Source: an uncultured bacterium (GTDB taxonomy: Bacteria > Patescibacteriota > Minisyncoccia > Moranbacterales > GWC2-37-73). Taken from it: a stretch of 64,000 nucleotides of DNA. This document shows, piece after piece, positions 1 to 9,183 of the stretch. The first letter of the stretch is position 1, and each line of letters begins with the position of its first letter. The stretch spans positions 21,220-85,219 of the forward strand of contig CAISKQ010000060.1 of NCBI GenBank assembly GCA_903885965.1, given 5' to 3'. The notes beneath the pieces were generated by a model that did not search any database, had not been told where the DNA came from, and saw nothing but the letters and a program-made list of their open reading frames with translations. The position numbers and the translations under genes were made by a program.

Positions 1-439
1 GAGCATGCACCGCTAGGCGCTTCTCTTCAAGCATCACGCCTGCATGCTGAATTGTGCCATCGGGATATAGCGATTTCGCGCCGACTGCGCCGACTTTTGA
101 ATCGTCAAATTGTTTCACCATCTCATCAAGCTAATTTTCCGAAATGACATCCGTATCATTATTCAAAAACAAGATAAATTCGCCTTTCGCATATTTGACT
201 GCAAAATTATTTATCGCAGAAAAATTAAAAGGCTTTGGATAATCCAATATTTTCACGTTGTCCTTCTCTTTTATTTTGTCCAAATAATCAAACGTAGGAC
301 TTTCATTGCTATTATTGTTTACTAGAATTATTTCATAATTTTCGTATGTTGATTTTTCGGAAATGCCAAAAACACATTTTTTTAACAAATGCGCCCGATC
401 ACGGAATGGGATGATAATAGAAATTCTCTGTTTAGACAT
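1..439 (-). pseudogene. GT2 glycosyltransferase with an in-frame TAG (131..133) at a conserved Trp position. The N-terminal part is 134..439. The same frame continues 1..130 and runs off the window.
   Basis: ORF 131..439 has GT2 N-terminal motifs (ISIIIPF, FLNNDTDVISEN). Reading past the TAG in the same frame gives LDEMVKQFDDSKVGAVGAKSLYPDGTIQHAGV, colinear with the paralog at 2645..3604 (NNDTVVTKNWLDVLVEEL...TIQHAGV). Confidence 0.6.
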
Positions 440-467
440 CGTTCTTTTATTTTTTCTATAATTGCTG

Positions 468-2585
468 TTATTTTAAATAAAATTTTAAACAATTATAATA
501 CTTTTTAATAAACTTGTCAGGGGAGGAAAATGCAAATTTAACTTTATTTTTCCATTTTTCAATATCAATACGTCTATTTTGCTTATGAAATTGTACATCT
601 TGACCATATCTTCGAAAAAATTCGTAGTTAATATGTTCTAAATATGTACAAAATCTCCATCTTTCCATTATTTTTTTTGTGTCAAGCTCTTTTTCCATAA
701 GATTGCACAGAAACACTTCCGTTTCTTTGGCGACATTTTCCCAACTATTAAAAGAAGTCATTGAGCCAGTAAGATCATGATGATATTCAATTTCATTTTC
801 AATAATAATCCTGAGTTCTTTAAAATAATCAAAGAAAACAAAGTTATCTTTAAAATCAGGATGCATTTCGAGAAGTTCCCTGCTTATAGCATTATTAAAA
901 ACGATTATTTTTTTATTGTAAGAAAGAGCTTTAATTATTGGAATACCAAATCCCTCATATTGACTTGGAAAAATAAGAAGTTTACATTTTTTATACAAAA
1001 ATTCAACAAAATCTGGAGATAAATTTCCGCTCTTGAAACAATAGGTATTTCTTGCGACATTAATTCCATCCCTCTCAAGCTCATCCTTCCCTATCCCCAA
1101 AATAACAACGTTTGCATTTAATCCTCTAATACCCTCAATGGCTACTGGTATTGACTTGTGCTTAAAATGGTTACCAAGCATTAGAACAAAATCTTCATCT
1201 TTAAACATCTCAATATTATCATCCTTCCTCATATCTATAGCTTTTCTTTCCTTATCAATACCAAGATGTATAGTTTCTATAGGCGTACTAAAGTTAGCTG
1301 TATTAATATTACCAACATATGCCAATGCGTCATACTTGCTAAAATCACTTATTGATATTATTCCATCAGCATACTGAAGTGAATAATTTAATGCAAAATC
1401 TCTCTCATCATTATTAAGATAATTCGATCTCCACGCAATCACGTCAAGCAATGAAAATACCACCCTTAAGGCCAAGCGATTCATCAAAACCAGCTGTTCC
1501 ATTTTAAAAATTTGTGATGGCATAATAGCGATATCAAATCTTTTTTCTATTTTTTTTATGTTTTCATTATAAACAACTCTGTCATATTTTTTTAGCAACC
1601 CATGAAAAAGTACCCCCTGCTCGTTAGACAGAATAGTAATCTCATATTTATCCCCAAATAGTCTAACAAAAGAATTAAGCAGTGATAAACTGTATTCTGA
1701 TGTGCCATTATGCGTCGATGGCAGATTGTATAAATTAAATAAAATTCTCTTTTTTGAATATACGCCACATACAATTTCCGAAAAATAATCAACCGGATTA
1801 ATACCATCAATCAGATATTTCCTAACTGCGTTGAGATATTCGGGGTAGCGACCTTGCAATATTAGCTCATTTTTTTCATTTAAAATCTTTTTTTCAGCAG
1901 ATGTAAAAGATTTGCCTTCAATATGATAAACAAATGCGTGATTAGCCATTGCAATCGAATAACCAAATTTATTTATCCTGCAGCAAAAATCATTTTCTTC
2001 ATTATATCCTTTTCCATATATCTTATCAAATAAACCAAAATTTACTACAAGATTACGACGAATTAGCATACAAAAACCAACGCCTGTTGGAATAATTGAA
2101 AATTGTGGTAATAGTTTTTTCAACTTTTCATGAAAGCCAAGGGATTCATTAATGATATCCATTCTTTCACCATCATATCTAAATGGCACTGATAAAATTG
2201 TTGCGTTATTGCTACGAGGGCAGACAACTCCATGTTTCTCACTCAAATAAAGCACACTGGTCATCTCATCCAAAAAACCCTCCGTTACTTCAGTATCCGA
2301 ATTAAGCAATAAAATATCATTTTCCGTCTTATCAATCTCGAAAACACCCCTATTGCATGTTTTAACAAATCCAAGATTTTTTTTATTCCTAAAGTACTTA
2401 AAATTATCAAAAGTTTTTATTGCATTTTTAATTTTTATCTCTAAATCATCAGCTTCGGAGCTATTATCATTGATCAATATAACTGAATGTTTCTTATTCA
2501 AATATTTTTTTAATGAAGAAAGACACTTTTCAAGTGTCGCCCAATCTTTATAAATAGGTATGATCACTGTAACATTTTTTTTCAT
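468..2585 (-). CDS. Two-domain glycosyltransferase: N-terminal GT2-like domain fused to a C-terminal GT4 (Glycos_transf_1-like) domain.
   Basis: N-terminus VTVIIPIYKD...ILINDNSSE (GT2 Rossmann/DXD region). C-terminal part has FPSQYEGFGIPIIKALSYNKKIIVF (GT4 E-x7-E region). Confidence 0.65.
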   Translation of the reverse strand: MKKNVTVIIPIYKDWATLEKCLSSLKKYLNKKHSVILINDNSSEADDLEIKIKNAIKTFDNFKYFRNKKNLGFVKTCNRGVFEIDKTENDILLLNSDTEVTEGFLDEMTSVLYLSEKHGVVCPRSNNATILSVPFRYDGERMDIINESLGFHEKLKKLLPQFSIIPTGVGFCMLIRRNLVVNFGLFDKIYGKGYNEENDFCCRINKFGYSIAMANHAFVYHIEGKSFTSAEKKILNEKNELILQGRYPEYLNAVRKYLIDGINPVDYFSEIVCGVYSKKRILFNLYNLPSTHNGTSEYSLSLLNSFVRLFGDKYEITILSNEQGVLFHGLLKKYDRVVYNENIKKIEKRFDIAIMPSQIFKMEQLVLMNRLALRVVFSLLDVIAWRSNYLNNDERDFALNYSLQYADGIISISDFSKYDALAYVGNINTANFSTPIETIHLGIDKERKAIDMRKDDNIEMFKDEDFVLMLGNHFKHKSIPVAIEGIRGLNANVVILGIGKDELERDGINVARNTYCFKSGNLSPDFVEFLYKKCKLLIFPSQYEGFGIPIIKALSYNKKIIVFNNAISRELLEMHPDFKDNFVFFDYFKELRIIIENEIEYHHDLTGSMTSFNSWENVAKETEVFLCNLMEKELDTKKIMERWRFCTYLEHINYEFFRRYGQDVQFHKQNRRIDIEKWKNKVKFAFSSPDKFIKKYYNCLKFYLK

Positions 2586-2644
2586 ACATTATTGAAAAAT
2601 ATAATATTAAGGCTTAATTCCACGTGACGCTGCTGCGAAGAGAT

Positions 2645-3604
2645 TTATTTTAAATATTTTTTTATTTTTAAGTATTCAGTTCTTAATTTCCAAAATTTTG
2701 AAGATTTTACAAATTCAAATTCCTCATTCTTTTTTCTGAATTCTTCGTCTTTTTCTAGAAGTTTATTTTTCAAATTTTGAATTTCATTTTTTTGATTTCT
2801 AATTAGTAAAAATTCACTCTGTGTTTCATCTTCCTTTCTGTATAAATAATCATCTTGCTTAACCGTATTGCTCCATTTTTGCAAAAAAAGCTCTCGATTT
2901 TCTTTGTGCTTGTCACCCCTCCCCTCTGAAATGCTTTCGTAGTGATAGACGACGCTTTCAGGGCAATACATGATGTCACTTCCAAGTTCTCTGATTTTAA
3001 GACACAAATCAATATCCTCATATCCATTCAGAAAGTTTTCATCAAATCCGCCAACTTTGTCAAAAATTTCTTTGCGCACCAACATGCAAGCCGCCGTCAG
3101 CGCGTTGAACTTCCTTTTTTTATTCACATAATGCTTCTCTTTTATTTCTCTCGCATAAATGTGATATGGAATTTTATCCTCCCCAAAAACAACTCCCGCG
3201 TGTTGAATTGTTTCATCGGGAAAAAGGAGCTTGCTCCCAGCAATCGCAACTTCAATATTTGTTTCAAGTTCTTCAACTAAAACATCCAGCCAATTTTTAG
3301 TAACAACGGTATCATTATTCAAAAATAATAAGAATTCACCGCTTGCCACAGAAGCACCGACATTACAAGCCCTGGAAAATCCTAGATTCTTATCGCTATG
3401 AATTGTGATAATTTTTTTACCTAAACTATCCAAATAACCCCTTGTCCCATCGGATGATGCGTTATCGACGACAATGATTTCAAAAGTATATTTTGATCCA
3501 AATTTAAAAATACTTTCCAAACATTTTTGAGTATACTCCAATCTATTAAATACAGGTATAATTATACTTACTATCATAGAATATTGATTAAATAAGGATG
3601 GCAT
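2645..3604 (-). CDS. GT2 family glycosyltransferase with a C-terminal coiled-coil tail.
   Basis: IVSIIIPVFN, IIVVDNASSDGT, FLLFLNNDTVVTKNWLDVL, YEDIDLC (DXD-like). K/E-rich C-terminus. Confidence 0.75.
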   Translation of the reverse strand: MPSLFNQYSMIVSIIIPVFNRLEYTQKCLESIFKFGSKYTFEIIVVDNASSDGTRGYLDSLGKKIITIHSDKNLGFSRACNVGASVASGEFLLFLNNDTVVTKNWLDVLVEELETNIEVAIAGSKLLFPDETIQHAGVVFGEDKIPYHIYAREIKEKHYVNKKRKFNALTAACMLVRKEIFDKVGGFDENFLNGYEDIDLCLKIRELGSDIMYCPESVVYHYESISEGRGDKHKENRELFLQKWSNTVKQDDYLYRKEDETQSEFLLIRNQKNEIQNLKNKLLEKDEEFRKKNEEFEFVKSSKFWKLRTEYLKIKKYLK

Positions 3605-3629
3605 TTAAAATTATCAACATTAAAATAAA

Positions 3630-4988
3630 CTACTTTCTCCATATATGTTCTAACTTTATAATTCCATATTGATTTTTTTCATTCGATATTATTTTAAAAA
3701 CATATTCTCTATTTTTATAATCAAAATGAGTTGTTTCTTTATATTTTTCGTAAAGCGAAACCGATAGTTGATAAGATCCGCTGAATAATTTAATACTCAG
3801 CATCACAAAATCAACAAATCCATCTCCGTAAATATTGTTAATATCATATCTGGATGTTTCAGTGTTTGGCCCTGAAATATGAATGCCGTCTTGAGTATGA
3901 ATTGCGACACCAAAAACAGGGTTTTCTATTTTCTTTTTTGCATTGTAATGTATCCTCGCCACAATATCATCTCCTGACTCAAAAACATTTTTTTCTTTTC
4001 CATCTTTATCCAAAAATTCCACTTTTGTGATTTCTGCAATTTTATTTTTTCTTTCCTCCTCCTGTGTTGCTTTTTCTTCTTCAATTCTTCTTTTTTCCTC
4101 CTCCAAGTCCTTTCCTTTCAATTTTTTCATTTCTTTTTGAACTCGCATATCTTCTTGTTTCTGCTCCTTTTCTATTCTCCTTTCTTCATCTGACATGTTC
4201 TGATAAATATATTCGTTTCCGACTTCCTCAGGATCGCCAATTTTCACAATTTTGCCACTTCGAAGCAACATCGCCCGGTCGCAATAGCGCTGCACCACAG
4301 CGATGTCATGTGTGACAATAACAACAGTTCGCCCCATCTCCCGATATTTATTAAACTCCTCCAAACATTTTGATTGAAAATTTGAGTCACCCACTGCCAA
4401 GACTTCATCCATCAGCAAAATTTCGCGATTAGCGTGAATAGAAACCGAAAATGCAAGACGCACTTGCATTCCAGAGGAATAATTCTTGAGTTTTTGATCA
4501 ATAAATCTTTCCAATTCTGAAAAAGCCACAATAGCATCAAATTTTTTGTCGATTTCTTTTTTGGTCAGGCCCAGAACCGTGGCGTTGAGATACACATTGT
4601 CTCGACCAGAAAGTTCAGGATTAAAACCAATTCCCAATTCTAAAAATGGAGAAATTCGCCCTTTGATTTCAATCTTCTTCTCGGCTTTCCGAAGGTTCAA
4701 CCTTCGGTGTTCCGAAGGTTCAACCTTCGGATGCGCATCAGCGTCTGGTTGATAAATCCCAGCCAAAATTTTCAGTAATGTCGATTTGCCGCTTCCATTT
4801 CGCCCAATGATCCCAAAAAATTCCCCTTTTTTCACCTCAAAAGAAACGTCGTCAAGGGCTTTGAATTCTTCGAAGCCTCCACTTTTAAAAACACTCGTAA
4901 CCGCTCCTCTGAGAGAGGAGATTTTTTCATGCGGAATCCTAAATGTTTTTGAAACATTCTTTACGCTAATTGCAATATTATCTTCCAT
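3630..4988 (-). CDS. Polysaccharide/teichoic-acid export ABC transporter ATP-binding protein (Wzt/TagH-like) with a coiled-coil linker and a C-terminal Wzt_C-like carbohydrate-binding domain.
   Basis: Walker [10 protein letters not shown], signature [11 protein letters not shown], Walker [14 protein letters not shown]-loop VVIVTHD. 452 aa against about 250 aa for a bare ATPase. K/E-rich linker then a beta-rich tail. Confidence 0.8.
   Translation of the reverse strand: MEDNIAISVKNVSKTFRIPHEKISSLRGAVTSVFKSGGFEEFKALDDVSFEVKKGEFFGIIGRNGSGKSTLLKILAGIYQPDADAHPKVEPSEHRRLNLRKAEKKIEIKGRISPFLELGIGFNPELSGRDNVYLNATVLGLTKKEIDKKFDAIVAFSELERFIDQKLKNYSSGMQVRLAFSVSIHANREILLMDEVLAVGDSNFQSKCLEEFNKYREMGRTVVIVTHDIAVVQRYCDRAMLLRSGKIVKIGDPEEVGNEYIYQNMSDEERRIEKEQKQEDMRVQKEMKKLKGKDLEEEKRRIEEEKATQEEERKNKIAEITKVEFLDKDGKEKNVFESGDDIVARIHYNAKKKIENPVFGVAIHTQDGIHISGPNTETSRYDINNIYGDGFVDFVMLSIKLFSGSYQLSVSLYEKYKETTHFDYKNREYVFKIISNEKNQYGIIKLEHIWRK
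4688..4729. repeat. Two tandem copies of a 19-bp palindrome CCGAAGGTTCAACCTTCGG, separated by TGTT, embedded in frame in the Wzt ATPase CDS.
   Basis: Direct reading. Encodes an extra segment (...[24 protein letters not shown]...) between Walker A and the Q-loop region. A single copy occurs in the decayed paralog at 6603..6621. Confidence 0.85.
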
Positions 4989-5051
4989 CCTTCTTTATAT
5001 TTTATATAGTATCTTATATGGAATTAACTTGATCCATATTAGTTTACCTCC

Positions 5052-5083
5052 GAGCTAAGCTCCTGAGTACAGGAGCTTAGCTC
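5052..5083. repeat. Perfect 14-bp-stem hairpin GAGCTAAGCTCCTG-AGTA-CAGGAGCTTAGCTC upstream of the wzt start.
   Basis: Direct reading. No flanking T-run, so it is not a canonical terminator. Confidence 0.7.
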
Positions 5084-5152
5084 CATCCCAATATACTACT
5101 AATTTAGTTAAGTTGGTATCTTATATGGTACTTCACATCTATCCTCATCCAT

Positions 5153-5190
5153 CATTCCAAAACTCGACGACCGCATAGTTTTGGTATCAT
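5153..5190 (+). promoter_or_regulatory. Copy 1 of a 40-bp palindromic element (CCAAAAC-N14-GTTTTGG followed by TATCAT).
   Basis: Sequence tccaaaactcgacgaccgcatagttttggtatcat. Family of 4 copies. Confidence 0.5.
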
Positions 5191-5420
5191 TGATTTTTTA
5201 CGCAAAATAGCAACCCGCTATAACAAACTTCTGTTTTTTTCTCCCCTTTTCCCGCATAAATAAGAACAAGTCAACCCCATTAGGAATTCTTTTTATAAAT
5301 CAATACTATCATTATACCACCAAAAATGCAACGCGCATTTAACCCAAAATCAAGTTGAATAGCCCCTCCTTTGGTTATTACATGCGAGCGGCAATAATAC
5401 TAAATTTTTACCCCAATTTT

Positions 5421-5462
5421 ATTATTCCAAAACACGACGACCGCATAGTTTTGGCATAATGG
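5421..5462 (+). promoter_or_regulatory. Copy 2 of the palindromic element with a -10-like CATAAT.
   Basis: attattccaaaacacgacgaccgcatagttttggcataatgg. Confidence 0.5.
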
Positions 5463-5523
5463 AAAATATCGGTAAATTCACATAGCTTATCCACATCAGA
5501 TGTTTAGATTAAGCTTAATATCT

Positions 5524-5566
5524 GATTATTCCAAAACACGACGACCGCATATTTTTGGTATAATGG
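5524..5566 (+). promoter_or_regulatory. Copy 3 of the palindromic element with an extended -10-like TGGTATAAT.
   Basis: gattattccaaaacacgacgaccgcatatttttggtataatgg. Confidence 0.5.
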
Positions 5567-5609
5567 GGTATCTTACCCCACTTAAAACAACGCTCCTAAC
5601 GTCAAAGGC

Positions 5610-6164
5610 TTAATACAATTTGAATTTTAGTTTGAGCTCTTCCCCATTAGAGATGTTTACAACCTCGCCATAGCGAACAAGATTTCGAAGTTGAAAATAT
5701 TCCGTGATGAAATTAATTTCATCCAAACAAGGAAAAGGATGGATAAAAACAGATTTTTGAATTTCTTTAAAGCCAAGCTCTTTCAGTTTTTCCCGAAGAA
5801 CATTCCGCTCCGATCTTCTTTTCTCAGGAATATCAAACATCACAAGCCGCCATCGATTATCCCATTTCAAGGGTTTAGGAATCTTAATAGCATCTATTTT
5901 AAATTCAAGTGTTTTTAGCTTTCCTTTTTCCGTTAGCACAATTTTAGTAGTTCCATTTTCTTGTTCAAGATAATCCACCAAGCGTTCTTGCTTAAATTCT
6001 TTTACAGCCCGGTATAGATATTGCTTATTTATCTCGTGCCAATCGCGCTTGAGCGTTTTGAAAACATTCTTTTGCGACCTTGGATTATTTGCAAGTCCAA
6101 GAGCCACTCCTCCTGCAAGAAGAAGTAGTATCTTTCTTTTAATTGGGCTCCTTATTTCTTTCAC
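5610..6164 (-). CDS. PaaX-like transcriptional regulator (N-terminal winged-helix-like region plus a PaaX_C-like domain).
   Basis: DNRWRLVMFDIPEKRRSERNVLREKLKELGFKEIQKSVFIHP matches the PaaX C-terminal domain pattern (W..V.FDIPE..R..R..LR..L..LGF..LQ.SV%). Confidence 0.5.
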   Translation of the reverse strand: MKEIRSPIKRKILLLLAGGVALGLANNPRSQKNVFKTLKRDWHEINKQYLYRAVKEFKQERLVDYLEQENGTTKIVLTEKGKLKTLEFKIDAIKIPKPLKWDNRWRLVMFDIPEKRRSERNVLREKLKELGFKEIQKSVFIHPFPCLDEINFITEYFQLRNLVRYGEVVNISNGEELKLKFKLY

Positions 6165-6216
6165 CTTATTTACAATGAATTTATTTTTGTCTTTTTATTA
6201 TTCTTATTGAAATCCT

Positions 6217-6258
6217 CATTATACCAAAACAAGACGACCGCATAGTTTTGGTATAATG
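6217..6258. promoter_or_regulatory. Copy 4 of the palindromic element, here with TATAAT on both strands. It sits about 50 nt upstream of the PaaX-like gene start.
   Basis: cattataccaaaacaagacgaccgcatagttttggtataatg. On the minus strand TGGTATAAT precedes the ATG at 6164 by about 45 nt. Confidence 0.55.
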
Positions 6259-6296
6259 CTTGCTAAATATTTTCTGCAATCTTTGCTTTGAAAATT

Positions 6297-6882
6297 ACTA
6301 TCTCCCACTGCCAAAACCTCATCCATGAGCAGAATCTCGCGGTTGGCGTGAATCGAAACCGAAAACGCGAGACGAACTTGCATGCCGGAAGAATAATTCT
6401 TGAGTTTTTAATCAATGAACCTTTCTAATTCTGAAAAAGCCACAATGGAATCAAACTTTTCATCAATCTCTTTTTTCGTCAGCCCCAAAACCGTCGCATT
6501 AAGATAGACATTATCGCGCCCAGAAAGTTCCGGATTAAAACCAATCCCCAATTCCAAAAACGGGGAAATTCGCCCGTTGATCTCAATCTTTTTCTCGGCT
6601 TTCCGAAGGTTCAACCTTCGGGGATACGTCTTCGTCAGCCTGATAAATCCCCGCCAAAATTTTCAGCAAAGTGCTTTTTCCGCTTCCATTTCTCCCAATG
6701 ATCCCAAAAAATTCTCCTTTTTTCACCTCAAAAGAAACGTCATCAAGAGCTTTAAATTCTTCGTAACCTTTGTTTCGCTTGAACACGCTCACTGCTGCAC
6801 CGCGAAGAGAACTCACCTTTTCGTGAGGAATGCGGAAAGTCTTGGAGACGTGAGAGACTTTAATTGCGATATTATCTTCCAT
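6297..6882 (-). pseudogene. Decayed duplicate of the 5' about 600 bp of the wzt/tagH ATPase gene, frameshifted at the palindrome.
   Basis: ORF 6583..6882 ([22 protein letters not shown]...[19 protein letters not shown]) and ORF 6408..6614 in another frame (RISPFLELGIGFNPELSGRDNVYLNATVLG) are colinear with wzt residues 1-200. Nucleotide identity to 4380..4988 is visible. Homology stops near 6297. Confidence 0.75.
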
Positions 6883-6944
6883 CTATTTATTTTTCAATAT
6901 TTTTCCAGCATATTATACTGATTCATCACTGTTTTTTCATATAG

Positions 6945-8171
6945 CTACAATGACCAAGGATACAGATATTCCTTATTGAGAATATCACCCTCTAATGATA
7001 CTAGGTTATATTTTTTTATATTATACTTTTCTTGAAAATATCTCACTGCCGAAGGATTAAATTTATTAAAGTTAATCTTTGCCTCAATTGGCAAAAATGA
7101 ATTATTTTTTCGCAAAATAAAATCTATCTCTTTCTTATCTTTTGTTCTCCAATAAAGCACATTATCTTTACCATATTTTTTTACCAATTCTGAAAAAATT
7201 CCAGTTTCAAAAACATTTCCAATGATTTCTTTTTGCAAATTCTTGAGCCACAACATCTGCATAAGACCAGTATCATAAAAAAGTATTTTTGGAGTCTTAA
7301 ACAATTCAGATCTGATATTTCCACTATATGGATGCACGAGTTTTATTATATAGGTATTTTCCATAATAAAAAGGTATCTCTCAACTGTTGGCTTGGCTAT
7401 CTTGCATGTGTTTGACAATTCAGTGACATTTAAAAGATTGCCACTCTGTGAGGCCAAAACCTCCAACAATTTGTTAAATTTGTCTATATCCTTTATTTCA
7501 GCAAGATCCCTTATATCCTTACGCACATAGGTATCAATAATTTGTTGTAAATATTTTTCCTTTTTTTCTCTTTCCCTTGTCAAGACAATTTTTGGATATC
7601 CACCAAAAAGAATGTATTCCTTGAAAAGTTTTTTCAACTCATCTATTTTCTTTTGAGTAAAAACTTTTCCTTTTTCAAAAGGATACCCCTTAAATAATAG
7701 GAATTCAGTAAAGGATAAGCTAAAAATTTCAAAATTAACAGTTCTTCCAACCAATGAATCGCTAAATTTATTTTTTATTTCGAAACTAGAAGACCCTGAA
7801 ACCACAAGCTTTATATTCTTATGATGATCTGAAATTAATTTTAAAAAAGACGATGGATGTTGCAGATATTGAATTTCATCAATAAAAACATACAATTTTT
7901 TATTGCTAGTGGCACTCTTCTTTGCCTTATTTAATAATCCCTCTTCAGCAAGAAGGTCAATAAAGCTTTCAACTCCGGAATCAATAATAGCCACATATCT
8001 AGAATCTTCAAGGTCTATATAGAAAACTTGCTTTTTCTCTCTTTCTAGCATCTCTTTGAAATAATATAGTATGTGCGTCTTACCCACCTGTCTTGCCCCA
8101 TGCAAAACCACAATATCATCAGTATTGAGATATTTGCTTATTTCTGACGTTATTTCCCTCTTATAAAGCAT
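6945..8171 (-). CDS. AAA+ ATPase of the COG1373/DUF4143 family.
   Basis: Walker A HGARQVGKTHIL, Walker B LYVFIDEIQYL, and the C-terminal domain typical of DUF4143 ATPases. Paralog at 36748..37917. Confidence 0.75.
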   Translation of the reverse strand: MLYKREITSEISKYLNTDDIVVLHGARQVGKTHILYYFKEMLEREKKQVFYIDLEDSRYVAIIDSGVESFIDLLAEEGLLNKAKKSATSNKKLYVFIDEIQYLQHPSSFLKLISDHHKNIKLVVSGSSSFEIKNKFSDSLVGRTVNFEIFSLSFTEFLLFKGYPFEKGKVFTQKKIDELKKLFKEYILFGGYPKIVLTREREKKEKYLQQIIDTYVRKDIRDLAEIKDIDKFNKLLEVLASQSGNLLNVTELSNTCKIAKPTVERYLFIMENTYIIKLVHPYSGNIRSELFKTPKILFYDTGLMQMLWLKNLQKEIIGNVFETGIFSELVKKYGKDNVLYWRTKDKKEIDFILRKNNSFLPIEAKINFNKFNPSAVRYFQEKYNIKKYNLVSLEGDILNKEYLYPWSL

Positions 8172-8282
8172 TTTTTTAGATTTATTGCTACTTATACTAT
8201 AATTATAGTCGAACTTAAATCTATGTCAAGTGTAATTTAAGTTTGATGCCAGAAGAATAAACAGTTATTAAACTTCTTGTTT

Positions 8283-8433
8283 TTGAGTTTCTGATCAATG
8301 AAACGCTCAAGTTCCGAAAAAACCACGATACCCCTAAGAGAACTCACCTTTTCGTGAGCTTGTCTGCCGCCGAGGCAGGGATTTTGAAAGTCTTTAAGAC
8401 GTTTTTAACTGAAATAGCGATATCTTCATCCAT
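8283..8433 (-). pseudogene. Second, internally deleted remnant of the wzt 5' end.
   Basis: Minus strand encodes MDEDIAISVKNVLKTFKIP (wzt N-terminus). 8283..8330 matches wzt 4485..4535 and the remainder matches 6805..6882. Confidence 0.6.
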
Positions 8434-8640
8434 TTCTCTATTATAAAGGATTTTATTGATAAATTCAACTCTTTTCCACATTTCATTTTTCTCCACCCAA
8501 GGCGGACAGGCGCAAAAAGAAACCTGGAGGAAACCTGCATGTCGGCAGATAGGGAAAACTCTCGCACCGATTATCACATTACGAGTTATCTTACTGATAA
8601 TTTCAATATTTTAGACATTTTATTTTTAAATGGAAATGAA

Positions 8641-8672
8641 AAGAGGACTGTTTTTAGCAGTCCTCTGTGGTT
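8641..8672 (-). terminator. Rho-independent terminator downstream of the 8692..9183 ORF.
   Basis: AGAGGACTG-N7-CAGTCCTCT followed by TTTTCATTT on the minus strand. Confidence 0.5.
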
Positions 8673-8691
8673 GAAGATATTGTGAAATTTT

Positions 8692-9183
8692 TCATGCTTG
8701 CAGCCATTCGTCAGTGCCTCTTGGGGCAAATTTGACCGACACACCGAGTTCCCGCAATGCATCCTTATGCCAAATGATACTGCTCCTTATTTCAATCCTA
8801 TCTTCTGGCGAAAATGCATCATTGTTAAGCAAGATTAGCTTAAACTTCGGAACGTTTAGCGGAAGCCTTTCCATCTTATCCTGAAATTCTTCATATGAAA
8901 TCTTTGAGAATCCGACAACATTAGAATAAAAATCAGGGATTTCCGATTTTTGTCTTCTGGACGTCATGATTATATCTTCAAAAAATTTGCCAGCAGCTTT
9001 GAGAAAATTTTGATATTGATTGAAGGTAGATATGAGATATTTCCAATATTCCAAAACTTCTTTTTGCAATTTTAAGCTATTCTTCAGATTAACTCTTCTT
9101 GTCAACATAACAAACTCCCATCGCAATACGCGGAATTTTCCGCAATTAAAAAAACTCCAAACACTCGCAAAACAATACCACAC
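8692..9183 (-). CDS. Hypothetical protein; the true start may be an internal Met.
   Basis: ORF only. 1-nt overlap with the upstream giant gene. Confidence 0.35.
   Translation of the reverse strand: MWYCFASVWSFFNCGKFRVLRWEFVMLTRRVNLKNSLKLQKEVLEYWKYLISTFNQYQNFLKAAGKFFEDIIMTSRRQKSEIPDFYSNVVGFSKISYEEFQDKMERLPLNVPKFKLILLNNDAFSPEDRIEIRSSIIWHKDALRELGVSVKFAPRGTDEWLQA

Noticed and set aside
5153-6258. Possible CRISPR array formed by the four 40-bp repeats.
   Set aside because: Spacings are irregular (about 270, 100 and 690 bp), a protein gene sits between copies 3 and 4, the repeats carry a TATAAT box, and no cas genes occur anywhere in the window.
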